Assembly: GCA_963793265.1 (NCBI GenBank) | Contig: CAWBZI010000006.1 | Location: forward strand, 544,001-608,000 | Direction: 5' to 3' | DNA: 64,000 bases | From: an uncultured cyanobacterium | GTDB lineage: Bacteria > Cyanobacteriota > Cyanobacteriia > Phormidesmidales > Phormidesmidaceae | Shown: one piece after another, positions 39,550 to 49,497 of the stretch | Position numbering within the stretch: position 1 is the first letter of the stretch | Layout: every line of letters starts with the position of its first letter | Program-made: the position numbers and the translations under genes | The notes under the pieces: model-generated | Database searches by the model: none | The model's input: the letters and a program-made list of their open reading frames with translations, nothing else | What the model was told of the DNA's origin: nothing

Positions 39550-40137
39550 ATGGCTTACACCACCGCGCAGCTACTAGACATTCTCGATGCAGAGATGAAG
39601 GCGGCGGTACGGGGCGATCGCCTCTTACTTAACGGGGATGCTCGCCTCGACAATCCTGTCATTACCAAAGCCATTGGCCCGCAAAAGCTCAGCAAAATCT
39701 ACGCCTTTCAGGACTTCCGCGACCAGATTCACCAGTATCAGATTGCCGAGGGCGTTTCGGGCATTGTTTGGCGCGAATGCAACTTTGCAGGCCGCAGCGT
39801 GCGCTTTCCTGAGATTCATCCGCAGCTTACCGCTACCGCTGAAGATAAGCTGAGATTAGGCGCGGCTAAAGGCGCGGTGATTGCCTTTTGGCGGGCGTGC
39901 ATTCCTGAGCTGAAGCTATGGAGGGGGAGCAATCCGCCGGAGCCGATTGAGCGATCGCGCGTAGAAGTCTTAATCGAAAACGCCGAGTGGGCCGATGTGG
40001 AAGCAACCCGTAGCGAGCTGTATTTGCTGCTGTGCTGGGGGAACCCGAAAGAGAGCTATTATGCCTGGGCCTATCCAGAAAGTGGGTGCGATCGCATCAT
40101 CGCCACTCGCACCAAGCCCAGTGGCATCAAAGTGTAG
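39550..40137 (+). CDS. Hypothetical protein
   Basis: 195-aa ATG ORF filling the gap between genes; no family recognised. Confidence 0.7.
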   Translation: MAYTTAQLLDILDAEMKAAVRGDRLLLNGDARLDNPVITKAIGPQKLSKIYAFQDFRDQIHQYQIAEGVSGIVWRECNFAGRSVRFPEIHPQLTATAEDKLRLGAAKGAVIAFWRACIPELKLWRGSNPPEPIERSRVEVLIENAEWADVEATRSELYLLLCWGNPKESYYAWAYPESGCDRIIATRTKPSGIKV

Positions 40138-40173
40138 TTCAAATGGTGTGGCTCAAATGGTGTAGCTCAAATG
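40132..40173. repeat. 14-bp tandem repeat (3 units) overlapping a stop codon
   Basis: GTGTRGYTCAAATG at 40132, 40146 and 40160. Confidence 0.8.
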
Positions 40174-40268
40174 CGTTAATTCCAGACATTTCGCCAAAAG
40201 CCGACAGCCCAGAGCGCGGTACAATTGGGTCTATCCGATTTGGCCTCGCAAAGAGGCGCTTTAAAGCT

Positions 40269-40577
40269 ATGCCCATTGCCGTTGTCACCATCGAAACTCA
40301 CGGATTTCCTGCCTCTTTGGCCGCAGCCGATGCCATGGTCAAAGCAGGCCGCGTCACCCTAATCAAAATTGCGCCTGCCGACAGCGGCCATCAATACGTC
40401 GTTGTTCGCGGCCCCAACGCAGAAGTCAAAGCGGCCCTAGAAGCCGGGCTCAAAGCCGCGAACGCCTGCTATGGCGACGGTGCTTATGCCCACACCCTCA
40501 TTCCCAACCCCACGCCCAACGTCCTCCACACCCTAGAGCTTGACTACACCGAAGAATCGCTACCCTTCGTAGAATAA
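40269..40577 (+). CDS. ccmK3: Carboxysome shell protein CcmK3
   Basis: BMC domain (IETHGFP..LAAADAMVKAGRV); IPNP.PNV and YTE tail; upstream of ccmK4. Confidence 0.82.
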   Translation: MPIAVVTIETHGFPASLAAADAMVKAGRVTLIKIAPADSGHQYVVVRGPNAEVKAALEAGLKAANACYGDGAYAHTLIPNPTPNVLHTLELDYTEESLPFVE

Positions 40578-40728
40578 TCAAGCGCCTCCTCTACCGATTC
40601 CATAGACAAACGTATATATTTGTTGTCCAATTGAGCGCGTTCCCCTTCTCCCGTACAATCAATAATGGAGTTCATAAGCCAAAAAACCGGCGTGAAAATG
40701 TTCTCCATTCACGTTTAGGAGAGCATAG

Positions 40729-41091
40729 ATGGGACAGGCAGTAGGTTCGCTCGAAACAAAGGGATTTCCTCCCGTGTTGGCAGCCGCAGATGCGATGGTA
40801 AAAGCCGGACGAGTGACGCTAGTTACCTACATCAGAGCAGGCAGCGCCCGCTTTTGCATTAATATTCGTGGCGACGTTTCTGAAGTTAAAGCCGCGATGG
40901 AAGCAGGCGTAGAAGCTGCTCAAAATGCGCCCGGTGGCGTATTAGAAACCTGGGTGATTATTCCTCGCCCGCACGAGAACGTGATTGGCGTACTGCCCAT
41001 TCAGTTTGACGAGAGCGTAGAAGGCTTCCGCGAAGCAGTAGAGGTGCCGATTATTCCCGGCAGCAGCACGATGGGCCGACAGTCTTCTTAA
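40729..41091 (+). CDS. ccmK4: Carboxysome shell protein CcmK4
   Basis: YIRAGSARF.INIRGDV; TWVIIPRPHENV. Confidence 0.9.
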   Translation: MGQAVGSLETKGFPPVLAAADAMVKAGRVTLVTYIRAGSARFCINIRGDVSEVKAAMEAGVEAAQNAPGGVLETWVIIPRPHENVIGVLPIQFDESVEGFREAVEVPIIPGSSTMGRQSS

Positions 41092-41129
41092 GATCCTAAA
41101 TAATCACACTTGCACCTCTTTGCATACAC

Positions 41130-41158
41130 GTAGGGGCATAGCATTGCTATGCCCCTAC
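41130..41158. repeat. Stand-alone GTAG-type REP palindrome
   Basis: GTAGGGGCATAGCATTGCTATGCCCCTAC is self-complementary and has the same core as the hairpins inside the MITE. Confidence 0.8.
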
Positions 41159-41178
41159 AGTAGTCTCACCCACCGACC

Positions 41179-43221
41179 ATGCCAACGCTTCTTACTGCTA
41201 ACACGCCCGAAACTTTTCCACTCATGGCCGTAGTGGGCCAGGACTCCATCAAGTTCGCGCTGCTGCTATCAGCAGTCGATCCTGAGCTAGGCGGCGTGGT
41301 GATTGCCGGGCGCAGAGGCACGGCAAAATCAGTGTTGGCAAGAGCGCTGTACCAACTGCTGCCGCCAATTGAAATTATTGAAGGGTCTTGCAATTGCGAT
41401 CCGAATAAGCCCAGCGAATGGGACGACGAAACCGCCACTCGCTTTTCAGCAGATACGCCGATTGAAGAGTTGCCGACAAAGGTCGTAAAAGCGCCTTTCA
41501 TTCAGATTCCTTTAGGCGTTACCGAAGATCGGCTTTTGGGTTCGGTAGATGTTGCCAAATCAATCAGCACAGGTGAAAGCGTCTTTCAGCCGGGGCTACT
41601 GGCCGAAGCGCACAGAGGCGTTTTGTACATTGATGAAGTAAACCTGCTAGACGATCAAATTAGCAATCTGTTGCTTTCTACGCTCACCGAAGGTAGAAAC
41701 CAGATAGAGAGAGAAGGTATCAGCTTTCAGCATCCTTGTAAGCCGCTGATGGTCGCGACTTACAATCCTGAAGAAGGGAACTTGCGAGAGCATTTGTTGG
41801 ATCGAATTGCGATCGCACTCTCCGCCGACACTGGCCTCTCTTTAGAAGATCGCGTCGCCGCCGTTGAGCAAGTTAATAGCTTTACCAACAACCCCACTGA
41901 ATTCCTTAAAACCTACGAAGAAGACATCGACTCGCTCAAAACACAGATAATCCTGGCCCGCGAATGGCTCCAAGATGTTGTGATCACCACAGAGCAGGTG
42001 AACTACCTCGTCACGGAAGCCATTCGCGGCGGCGTGATGGGCCACCGTGCCGAACTGTTCGCCGTTCGTGTAGCTAAAGCCTGCGCTGCCCTAGACGGTC
42101 GCACCACCGTCACTGCCGAAGACCTTCGTAGCGCTGTGGAGCTGGTGATTGTGCCACGCTCTAGCGCGGTGCCGCCAACAGATGATGAACAGCAGCCACC
42201 ACCACCGCCGCCACCGCCACAGGATCAGCAAGAAGACGATTCGGACGACAACACCGAAGATGATTCTGACAATGAAGACGAAAACGAAGAGCAAGAAGAA
42301 CAGCCTGAAACGCCTCCCACCATTCCTGAAGAATTTGTGTTCGATGCCGAAGGTGTCGTTCTCGACCAGTCTCTTCTCAGCTTTGCAGAGAGCACGAGCA
42401 AGCAGGGAACCTCGGGCAAAAACAGCGTTATTTTCTCTGACGAAAGAGGCCGCTACATCAAGCCCTTCATTCCATCCGGTCAGGCCCGACGTATTGCAGT
42501 AGATGCCACCCTTCGCGCGGCGGCCCCTTACCAAAAGGCCCGCCGCGAACGTCAGCCCAATCGCAAAGTCATTGTCGAACAAGGTGATATCCGCGCCAAG
42601 CGTCTTGCTCGCAAAGCCGGTTCCTTAATCATCTTTGTGGTAGATGCCTCTGGCTCTATGGCGCTCAACCGAATGCAGAACGCCAAAGGTGCTGTCCTTA
42701 GCCTGCTCACTGATGCCTACCAAAACCGCGATCAGGTCGCCCTAATTCCCTTCAGAGGCGAACAGGCCGACGTATTGCTACCACCCACTCGCTCCATTAC
42801 AGCCGCCAAACGCAGGCTTGAAACGATGGCCTGTGGCGGCGGTTCTCCGTTAGCGCACGGCCTGATGCAAGCCGTACGTGTAGGCACTAATGCGCAAAAG
42901 TCAGGCGACGTGGGCTCGGTGGTCATCGTGGCGATTACAGACGGTCGGGGGAATGTGCCTTTGTCGCGATCCTTGGGTGATGAGCCTGAAGAGACAGAAG
43001 AAAAGCCAGATATTAAAGCTGAGCTGTTGGAGATTGCAGGCAGCATTCGTGCAACGGGCTATCAGCTTTTAATTATTGATACTGAGCGCAAGTTTGTTTC
43101 GACCGGCTTTGGTAAGGAGCTAGCGAAGGTAGCGGGGGGGCGGTATTATCAGCTTCCTAAGGCGACCGATAGTGCGATCGCTTCTATGGCCCGCACCGCG
43201 CTATCCGATGCAAAAGCATAG
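41179..43221 (+). CDS. chlD: Magnesium chelatase subunit D
   Basis: [11 protein letters not shown]+ motif, poly-Pro/acidic linker, and VWA MIDAS (DASGS). Confidence 0.96.
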   Translation: MPTLLTANTPETFPLMAVVGQDSIKFALLLSAVDPELGGVVIAGRRGTAKSVLARALYQLLPPIEIIEGSCNCDPNKPSEWDDETATRFSADTPIEELPTKVVKAPFIQIPLGVTEDRLLGSVDVAKSISTGESVFQPGLLAEAHRGVLYIDEVNLLDDQISNLLLSTLTEGRNQIEREGISFQHPCKPLMVATYNPEEGNLREHLLDRIAIALSADTGLSLEDRVAAVEQVNSFTNNPTEFLKTYEEDIDSLKTQIILAREWLQDVVITTEQVNYLVTEAIRGGVMGHRAELFAVRVAKACAALDGRTTVTAEDLRSAVELVIVPRSSAVPPTDDEQQPPPPPPPPQDQQEDDSDDNTEDDSDNEDENEEQEEQPETPPTIPEEFVFDAEGVVLDQSLLSFAESTSKQGTSGKNSVIFSDERGRYIKPFIPSGQARRIAVDATLRAAAPYQKARRERQPNRKVIVEQGDIRAKRLARKAGSLIIFVVDASGSMALNRMQNAKGAVLSLLTDAYQNRDQVALIPFRGEQADVLLPPTRSITAAKRRLETMACGGGSPLAHGLMQAVRVGTNAQKSGDVGSVVIVAITDGRGNVPLSRSLGDEPEETEEKPDIKAELLEIAGSIRATGYQLLIIDTERKFVSTGFGKELAKVAGGRYYQLPKATDSAIASMARTALSDAKA

Positions 43222-43279
43222 ATAAAAAGTAGAATGCCAGTGACCCTTTCAGATAGCACTGTCAAAGGATTGTTCATAT

Positions 43280-43501
43280 ATGGATACAACTGTAACGCTA
43301 AGTGCCGAAGCGCTTAAGACGCTCATCAAAGAAAGCGTTCGTGAAGCGATGCGTGAAGAGTGGTTTGGGCTTTGGCTGCCATTGATTCATGAGATCAATG
43401 ATGCTGAGCAGACCGATATTGAGAAAGAAGTAGAACTGCCGTCAGACTATAAGTCAGAAGATTTTGTTGATATGACAGCTTGGTTAATCGATAAGGGTTG
43501 A
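43280..43501 (+). CDS. Small acidic antitoxin-like protein
   Basis: LKTLIKESVRE..REEW...EQTDIE resembles small cyanobacterial antitoxins that precede RelE toxins. Confidence 0.6.
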   Translation: MDTTVTLSAEALKTLIKESVREAMREEWFGLWLPLIHEINDAEQTDIEKEVELPSDYKSEDFVDMTAWLIDKG

Positions 43502-43537
43502 TGTTGGCTAGGCAGGGTAAGTAGCTCAGTTGCAAAA

Positions 43538-44207
43538 TTAATTCAACTGACTTCTAATCTTTAGAACATACAGCTTTTCGGTTAACTCTTGGAGTAATTG
43601 ATCGAAGGTCATGCAGTGTAGCCGCTTACTATTAATAATAGTTAATAATAGTTTTATTCACTCTCCATTGAAATCTCTTCATCAGACCCGCTTGACGAAC
43701 GAATTGATCTCTACCGATGACGAGCAGTCCCGTATATTCAATTTGACGATGGCCAAAATACTCCTCAAATTTATCTGTTCTCTCATAGTCGTCCATCCGG
43801 TAGTACCAATCTATGACTTGGCTCAATCCATGCTCGTATCTGCGCGACCACTCGTAGCTAGTATTTGCTGAGGCAGAACCTCTAGACTTCCGCTTAAAAA
43901 TGCTGCCCTTTTTCGCATCTTCGAACTCAATGAAAGTAAACTTTTTCATATGCCGATTTGCAACAACAAAATCAGCTCTAAATTCGTTGCTAAACAAGCT
44001 AACTTCAGCCTTGTACAGATAGGGGTCTAAGCCAAAGTGCAAAGAACCTAACAGAAGAATTAGATCTGGCCGGTTTGAGAAAAATGTCTGTAATCCATCC
44101 TTTCCAGTTTCCTCTATTTCCACATTTTCTGATAAGAAAGTCCTCAGTTCTTCAATCTGCTTAGTGCAAGCATTGATATCAAACTGATGACTATGCAGTG
44201 TGAGCAC
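43538..44207 (-). pseudogene. Shedu (SduA/DUF4263)-type nuclease, frameshifted near the 3' end
   Basis: RADFVV..IEFE, G.SQVIDW and LLVIGR motifs. A 10-bp duplication at 43632-43651 gives a premature stop; removing it restores ...LHCMTFDQLL..., ending at 43538. Confidence 0.8.
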
Positions 44208-44451
44208 TGTAACTTTCCTTTTTGAGATCGATGATATCAATAATAATAAAGCCCTGATCGACCTCTTGAAAGAGTAATCTGGCACCAGAATCTACTCTTG
44301 CAACCCAGGTATCCGCGCTTATTTTCTTAGAGTCTAAGCTGTGGAGCTGATCGTTGGTTAGCATTTTTATGACCAGAGCTGCCTTTTCTTTCCTACTAGG
44401 GGGCATCGTTTCATATGCTATTGATGCCTTCTCTCTAAACTGTACGTGCAT
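44191..44451 (-). CDS. RelE/ParE-fold-like small protein
   Basis: 86 aa with the pattern VQF..KA..Y..(helix)..KKI...WVARV..GARLLF......IIDI; overlaps the nuclease start. Confidence 0.55.
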   Translation of the reverse strand: MHVQFREKASIAYETMPPSRKEKAALVIKMLTNDQLHSLDSKKISADTWVARVDSGARLLFQEVDQGFIIIDIIDLKKESYSAHTA

Positions 44452-44627
44452 TTTGCAAATCCATAGAAAAAGGACTTAACCATAAGTAACAGGCTATGAT
44501 GTCCATTCTATATGCATATCAGCAGATTGCTAAAACCGTTGTTCTACATACGGATCTTCTGACAGCAGCCTCAGCGTTCTAGCTCTTTAGAGGGCATGTA
44601 ACCCACCTAGTCAAAATAGCCTTTACT

Positions 44628-45422
44628 TCATTTGCCCGCCCGATGCTTATCGGCTGGTTTAGTCGTTTGGCCCTGTGTGACTGTGTTTTGTTGGCCATAG
44701 AGGCACAGGTCTAGAAGGGGACAGCGATCGCACCCCGGCTTCCGATAGTGGCAGCACCTTTGCCCGTGCAGCATCAGCACCTCATGATTGTCATACACCT
44801 GCTGCGCCGACCAGTCTTCAGGTAGCTGCGCCTCTAAAATTTTATGCGATGGCCCGACCGACACCTTTTCACTAATGAGTCCTGTACGCACTGCAACGCG
44901 ATGGTGATGACTATCGACCGGTAAAGCCCGCTTGCGTAGCGTACTAAAAGAGAGCACAGCAGCGCTTGTCTTTGGCCCCACCCCTGAGAGCGTTTCAAGC
45001 CACTTTCTCGCTTCTTTAACCGGCATTTCTGCCAAAAAATCAACCGATAGCTTGCCCTGCTCCCGTGTAATTTGCTTAAGAATTTGTTGAATGCGCGGAG
45101 CCTTTTGTTCGGGCCACGTACAGAGTGAAATCGCGGTTTGCACGTCGGCAGTGTTAGCATCTCGCACGGCCTCCCACGTCGGGAAAGTCGCCCTAAGCTG
45201 CTTGAAAGCTCGCCCTGAGTCTTTATTTTTGGTGCGGTGCGAAAGCGATGAAGAGATCAGTTCGCTCAGCGGATCTAAGTTGTGGAAATAGGCAATGGGA
45301 CAGCCGTATTCCTGGCAAAGTTTCTCGTGGATGACTAGCACTTTCTGCTTAGGATCTTTGCTGATGTCTTGCTTAGGCTCCGAGAGATCAGGGGCGGTAT
45401 CTGAGAGCATGTTGAGTTGCAC
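44628..45422 (-). CDS. Endonuclease III-like HhH-GPD DNA glycosylase with [4Fe-4S] motif
   Basis: LSGVGPKT HhH, LPVDSHHHRV, and C-x6-C-x2-C-x5-C. Confidence 0.9.
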   Translation of the reverse strand: MQLNMLSDTAPDLSEPKQDISKDPKQKVLVIHEKLCQEYGCPIAYFHNLDPLSELISSSLSHRTKNKDSGRAFKQLRATFPTWEAVRDANTADVQTAISLCTWPEQKAPRIQQILKQITREQGKLSVDFLAEMPVKEARKWLETLSGVGPKTSAAVLSFSTLRKRALPVDSHHHRVAVRTGLISEKVSVGPSHKILEAQLPEDWSAQQVYDNHEVLMLHGQRCCHYRKPGCDRCPLLDLCLYGQQNTVTQGQTTKPADKHRAGK

Positions 45423-45598
45423 AAGAGAAATCCAAAAAATGATCCACAGTGACTCACGCTATCAAAAAGAGAGTCGCAGATCGTCTACCTAAAGAGAGCT
45501 ACGCGATCGCTAAAATGACAGATTTAAGGCTTGGGATAGATTTTGCAAGTAGCACTGCTCCGGCATGATTAAAGCATTGAATAAAGTCTCTACACCCA

Positions 45599-46459
45599 AT
45601 GTCATTTGCTCTTATGGGGCTGAATATTGTGAACAAAATTTCTGTTTTGACCCTAACGCGCAATCGCACCCCTCACTTAAACAATCTTCTCAAAGGTCTT
45701 GCTCAATCAAGCCTTCACCCCGATGAATGTATCATCGTCCATATGAACGAAGAGCCTACCGAACCTGGCCAAGAGCTTCCTTTTCCTTGTTATTCGTATG
45801 CTTATTACAGCGAGATTTCGAGCCTGCCGCTATCTCAGGCTCGTAACTTCGCAGCAAAAAAAGCAACCGGCAACATTCTATTATTCCTAGACATAGACTG
45901 CATTCCTTCGCACAAGATGGTAGAAGCCTACAGGGCGGTCTGTGAGCAGGCTGCCGAGTCAATTACGATGGGTAGCGTTCGGTATTTGCAGCAGTCGCTT
46001 CAAAAAGACTGGACAGAACCAGAGCTGCTCTCGAAAAGCAAACCACATCCTAAAAGAAATATCTCACCCGTTACGCCTCTCGTCATAGAACCTGATTACG
46101 GATTGTTCTGGTCGCTTTCTTTTTGCCTGTATCGAGAGCTGTTCGAGCAGCTTGGCGGCTTTAGCGAATGCTATCCTAGCTATGGCGCAGAGGATACAGA
46201 CTTTGCCTGGAAAGCTAGAGCTAGAGGCATTCCGCTGCTGTGGGTACCTGATGCGCTCGCCTTTCATCAGTATCACCAAAGCCAAACGCCCCCGTGGAAC
46301 AACTTTGAAAGTATTGTGTGTAACGCTCGCATCTTTTATAGACGCTGGGGTCAGTGGCCGATGGAAAGCTGGCTGAGCGTATTTGCCAAAGAAGGATATT
46401 TGGATTGGACAATAGAGGGCGATCGTCTCGAAGTTATCCGCACGCCTGTCATGACATAG
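45599..46459 (+). CDS. Glycosyltransferase family 2 (GT-A)
   Basis: ARN.AA, LLFLDIDC, LGGF.E...YGAEDTDF and FHQYH motifs. Confidence 0.9.
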   Translation: MSFALMGLNIVNKISVLTLTRNRTPHLNNLLKGLAQSSLHPDECIIVHMNEEPTEPGQELPFPCYSYAYYSEISSLPLSQARNFAAKKATGNILLFLDIDCIPSHKMVEAYRAVCEQAAESITMGSVRYLQQSLQKDWTEPELLSKSKPHPKRNISPVTPLVIEPDYGLFWSLSFCLYRELFEQLGGFSECYPSYGAEDTDFAWKARARGIPLLWVPDALAFHQYHQSQTPPWNNFESIVCNARIFYRRWGQWPMESWLSVFAKEGYLDWTIEGDRLEVIRTPVMT

Positions 46460-46485
46460 TGCACTCAAAATGTACATTCAAAAAT

Positions 46486-47100
46486 TCAGACGCCACCTGC
46501 CAACACTTGAGCAGCCGACAGCCTCAAAGTAGGGAACGAAACAGAAAGTATCCTCTGATCGCCTCTGTATACTCGCTCCGAATAAACGCTGTTTTCCAAA
46601 AACAAAACGCTGACTTTCTTGAGATGGCGATCGATAATCCAGTACTCAGGAATCTCTAAATCTTGATACTGTTGGCGTTTCCATTCGTAGTCGCGGAGAT
46701 AGTTAGCGCTGCTTTCACTACCGGGACTAACGACTTCGGCCACAAAAGCGGGGGCAGGCATTCCAAAAAGGATTGCGCTTTTTCTAGTCGTCGCCATCAG
46801 CTCAATATGCTCAGGCCGCAGCACCACCACGTCCGGCTTTCGGTTAACGCGGCCATCGCCAACCGGGTCGACCTGCATTTCGGTAGCCGATGCTCTCACC
46901 AACCGCCGAGGCACGACAATCTGCTTTAGCGCAAAAACCAGCTCACCTGCAATGCAAACGTTCTCTTCATCTTCAGGCGGCAATTCTATCACCTCTCCAT
47001 TGCTGAGCAGCCGAAAATCACTCTCTGAGCCAAGATCGGCAGCTAGATATTCAGCGTATGTTTTATAGCGTACTGAAGTGTATGTCACCGTATGTAACAC
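46486..47100 (-). CDS. Uma2 (DUF820) family endonuclease
   Basis: RKPDVVV, VAEVVSPG, and K..QY....IPEYWIID. Confidence 0.9.
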   Translation of the reverse strand: MLHTVTYTSVRYKTYAEYLAADLGSESDFRLLSNGEVIELPPEDEENVCIAGELVFALKQIVVPRRLVRASATEMQVDPVGDGRVNRKPDVVVLRPEHIELMATTRKSAILFGMPAPAFVAEVVSPGSESSANYLRDYEWKRQQYQDLEIPEYWIIDRHLKKVSVLFLENSVYSERVYRGDQRILSVSFPTLRLSAAQVLAGGV

Positions 47101-47133
47101 CTCTATTGCCAGCAGTTGTCAGCTTAGACTCGA

Positions 47134-48246
47134 TTATACCGCCTGTGGGAGACTATGGGATGTAGCGACTGACTCAAGGACATAAGGCGCTGTTCCTATG
47201 CACTTCCTAGCAATTTGCGTAATATGTTGAGCTGCTTTGTACGGGGCGTCTTCACTTTGCAACGGCTGCCAATTAGAAAGGTTTTGGCTGTGCGATCGCG
47301 CCCAAAGCCCCGCCCATTCCCTAGGCATCGGCCACTGAGAAACAACAGTTCCTAAATTCAGCTTTCGCAGCACATCCACCTTACAAAGCTGCTCATCAAA
47401 AGGCCGCTCAGCCGGGATAAAAACAGCAGGCACCGCCGCCGCCGCTATCTCCATTGTAGAATTGTGGCCTGCATTGGCAATCACCAAATCGGCATGACAC
47501 AAGTAGGGCCAAACGTTTTCAACTACACCCTGAGCGCGAACGCCGTTAGGGGCAGAATGCGATCCTAGTAGATGCCACTGCCACCCTGGCGTTGCTGCTG
47601 CTGCAACCGCAAGCTTTTGAGGTGTGATTGCAGTACCGCCAAATCCAGTCATCACCAGCACATTAGGCTTATCTTTCACGTAGCTATCAGGAGCGATCGC
47701 TGCTTTCTCCCGCCCTGAAAACCGACAAAATCCACCGCTATAAAAAGTCTTCTCTTGAACCCAATCGGGACAGTCATCCTGTTCCATCTCTTCAGCAAAC
47801 GGAGCCAGTAGCGAACATGCCCACTCATACGCTAGCTGATGCCCCTTATCCCATCGCCTGCCGTGCTGCCGGGAATACACCACCGGAATGCCACACATCC
47901 GCGCCAAAATAGAAGCTTCTAATCCCACATCCGACACCACCAAGTCAGGTCGCCAGCGGCTTAAAAAAGACACCATCGCCAGCGTAAAAGCGCTATTGCC
48001 GCCGCTATTGACCAAAAAGTCGTGATAGTCGTGAGAGGTTTGTTGCTGTAAAAAAGGATTGGTCGGCGGCGGCGCGTAGCCCGGTACGCTTACACGCTCT
48101 ACCGGGCGACCGATATCAGCGATCGCAGGTGGCCCATCCATCCCCACCACAGCCAGCTCGCAGCTTTTCGGAAAGTGCCGAGCAATCGCCTCAAACCGCC
48201 GACAGTGCCCTGAGCCTTGAAGATTCAAATAAAACGCAATTCTCAT
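47134..48246 (-). CDS. Glycosyltransferase (GT-B, GT28/MurG-like C-terminus)
   Basis: GSGH, PDLVVSD, GFGG, AGHNS..E and RPFDEQ motifs. Confidence 0.87.
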   Translation of the reverse strand: MRIAFYLNLQGSGHCRRFEAIARHFPKSCELAVVGMDGPPAIADIGRPVERVSVPGYAPPPTNPFLQQQTSHDYHDFLVNSGGNSAFTLAMVSFLSRWRPDLVVSDVGLEASILARMCGIPVVYSRQHGRRWDKGHQLAYEWACSLLAPFAEEMEQDDCPDWVQEKTFYSGGFCRFSGREKAAIAPDSYVKDKPNVLVMTGFGGTAITPQKLAVAAAATPGWQWHLLGSHSAPNGVRAQGVVENVWPYLCHADLVIANAGHNSTMEIAAAAVPAVFIPAERPFDEQLCKVDVLRKLNLGTVVSQWPMPREWAGLWARSHSQNLSNWQPLQSEDAPYKAAQHITQIARKCIGTAPYVLESVATSHSLPQAV

Positions 48247-49497
48247 CTAATTTGCAATGCCCATCACTTCTAAAGAGTCCTGTACAATCGCGCCTATCAG
48301 ATCAGAGGCATTGCTGTGAATCTTGCTAGCAGCCTTACCGCTGTTTTGGCCGCTGTTTTGGCCGCTGCTCTGGCCGCTGCTCTGGCCGCTGTTTTGGCCG
48401 CTGTTTTGGCCGCTATAAAGCCGCAGATTTCTCTTTTGCTGCGCCCTGCATAGCTGACGATACAGGCGTTCGTAGCCGCTAATCATGTTGTCGATATGGC
48501 AGAAAGACTCTGCTCTATGACGACAGTCTTGACGGCTAAGCTGAGCGGCTGAGGCGATCGCACGCGCCAAAGCGTCTACCGTTTTCTCGGCAGCAACAAC
48601 GCCGCAGCGCTGAGTCAAAATCTCTTTAGCGGCACCACTGTCAAACGTAGCAACGGGTGTGCCTGCGGCCAAAGCTTCTGCATATACCAGCCCATAAGGC
48701 TCCCGCCAAAGCGGCGTATTAACGAATACACTCGCCTCAGTCAGCGCCTGTTTAATCTCAGCATGTGAAAGATGGCCTAAGTATTGGACGCGATCGCTTG
48801 CTATCAAAGGCACAACATTCTCTTCAAAATAATCTACGTTCCCAATCGGCCCGGCAAACCGAACCAAATACCCTGCCTCTAGCGCCGCTTGAATAGCTAA
48901 GTGAGGCGCTTTCTCCGGCACGATGCGACCATACCAAAACGCTCTATAGGGCAGCACTTCAGTCGCAAAAGGCCAGCTATCAACATCAATACCGTTATAA
49001 ACAACACTTGCTGTAATTGAATGATGCCAGTCTGCCGCCAGACTTTGGGAAACCGCCACTGCCGCGAGCCTGCCAGAGCTATTGCGTGCAGATGCATATT
49101 CAACTGCTGCGGCTATTTCTTTGTAGGGGGGCGTGTGTAGAACAGCCAGCATAGGCACTGGCAAATCTGCTGCGCTCAACAGTGGAAATGGATGCAGCGC
49201 GTTGTTGTGAATAACATCAAAATCATCCTGGCAGATTTGATGAATAACGCTCGCATAGGCAGACATATTACATGCCTGACGCCCCGATATTGTCTTTGCC
49301 TTTGGGTGAGTTGCAAAGGCCATTTCGATACAGGGCACCAGTCCTAGCGAAGGATCGGAGTCTCCACTAGCGAACAAAGTAACCTCGTGACCTTTTTCTA
49401 TAAGTTTTTTGGCAAGCCACCATGTATGAGATTCCATCCCCCCGGCAAAGGGCTCTGCAATGGGATGGTGGAGCAGCCCAATAATAGCAATTTTCAT
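48247..49497 (-). CDS. Glycosyltransferase family 4
   Basis: PFAGGME, GHEVTLFASGDS, GRIVPEK and EPYGLVYAEALAAGTPV motifs. Confidence 0.92.
   Translation of the reverse strand: MKIAIIGLLHHPIAEPFAGGMESHTWWLAKKLIEKGHEVTLFASGDSDPSLGLVPCIEMAFATHPKAKTISGRQACNMSAYASVIHQICQDDFDVIHNNALHPFPLLSAADLPVPMLAVLHTPPYKEIAAAVEYASARNSSGRLAAVAVSQSLAADWHHSITASVVYNGIDVDSWPFATEVLPYRAFWYGRIVPEKAPHLAIQAALEAGYLVRFAGPIGNVDYFEENVVPLIASDRVQYLGHLSHAEIKQALTEASVFVNTPLWREPYGLVYAEALAAGTPVATFDSGAAKEILTQRCGVVAAEKTVDALARAIASAAQLSRQDCRHRAESFCHIDNMISGYERLYRQLCRAQQKRNLRLYSGQNSGQNSGQSSGQSSGQNSGQNSGKAASKIHSNASDLIGAIVQDSLEVMGIAN
48338..48414. repeat. 12-bp coding VNTR (6 units plus a partial unit), encoding SGQ(N/S)
   Basis: CCGCTGYTYTGG repeated in tandem. 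Confidence 0.92.

Noticed and set aside
40032..40268. 79-aa N-terminal extension on CcmK3
   Set aside because: It overlaps the upstream gene and a tandem repeat; the BMC domain begins at ATG 40269.
44208..44285. Longer start for the Shedu-like ORF
   Set aside because: It would overlap the upstream ORF by 95 nt; the GTG at 44207 has an SD-like sequence.
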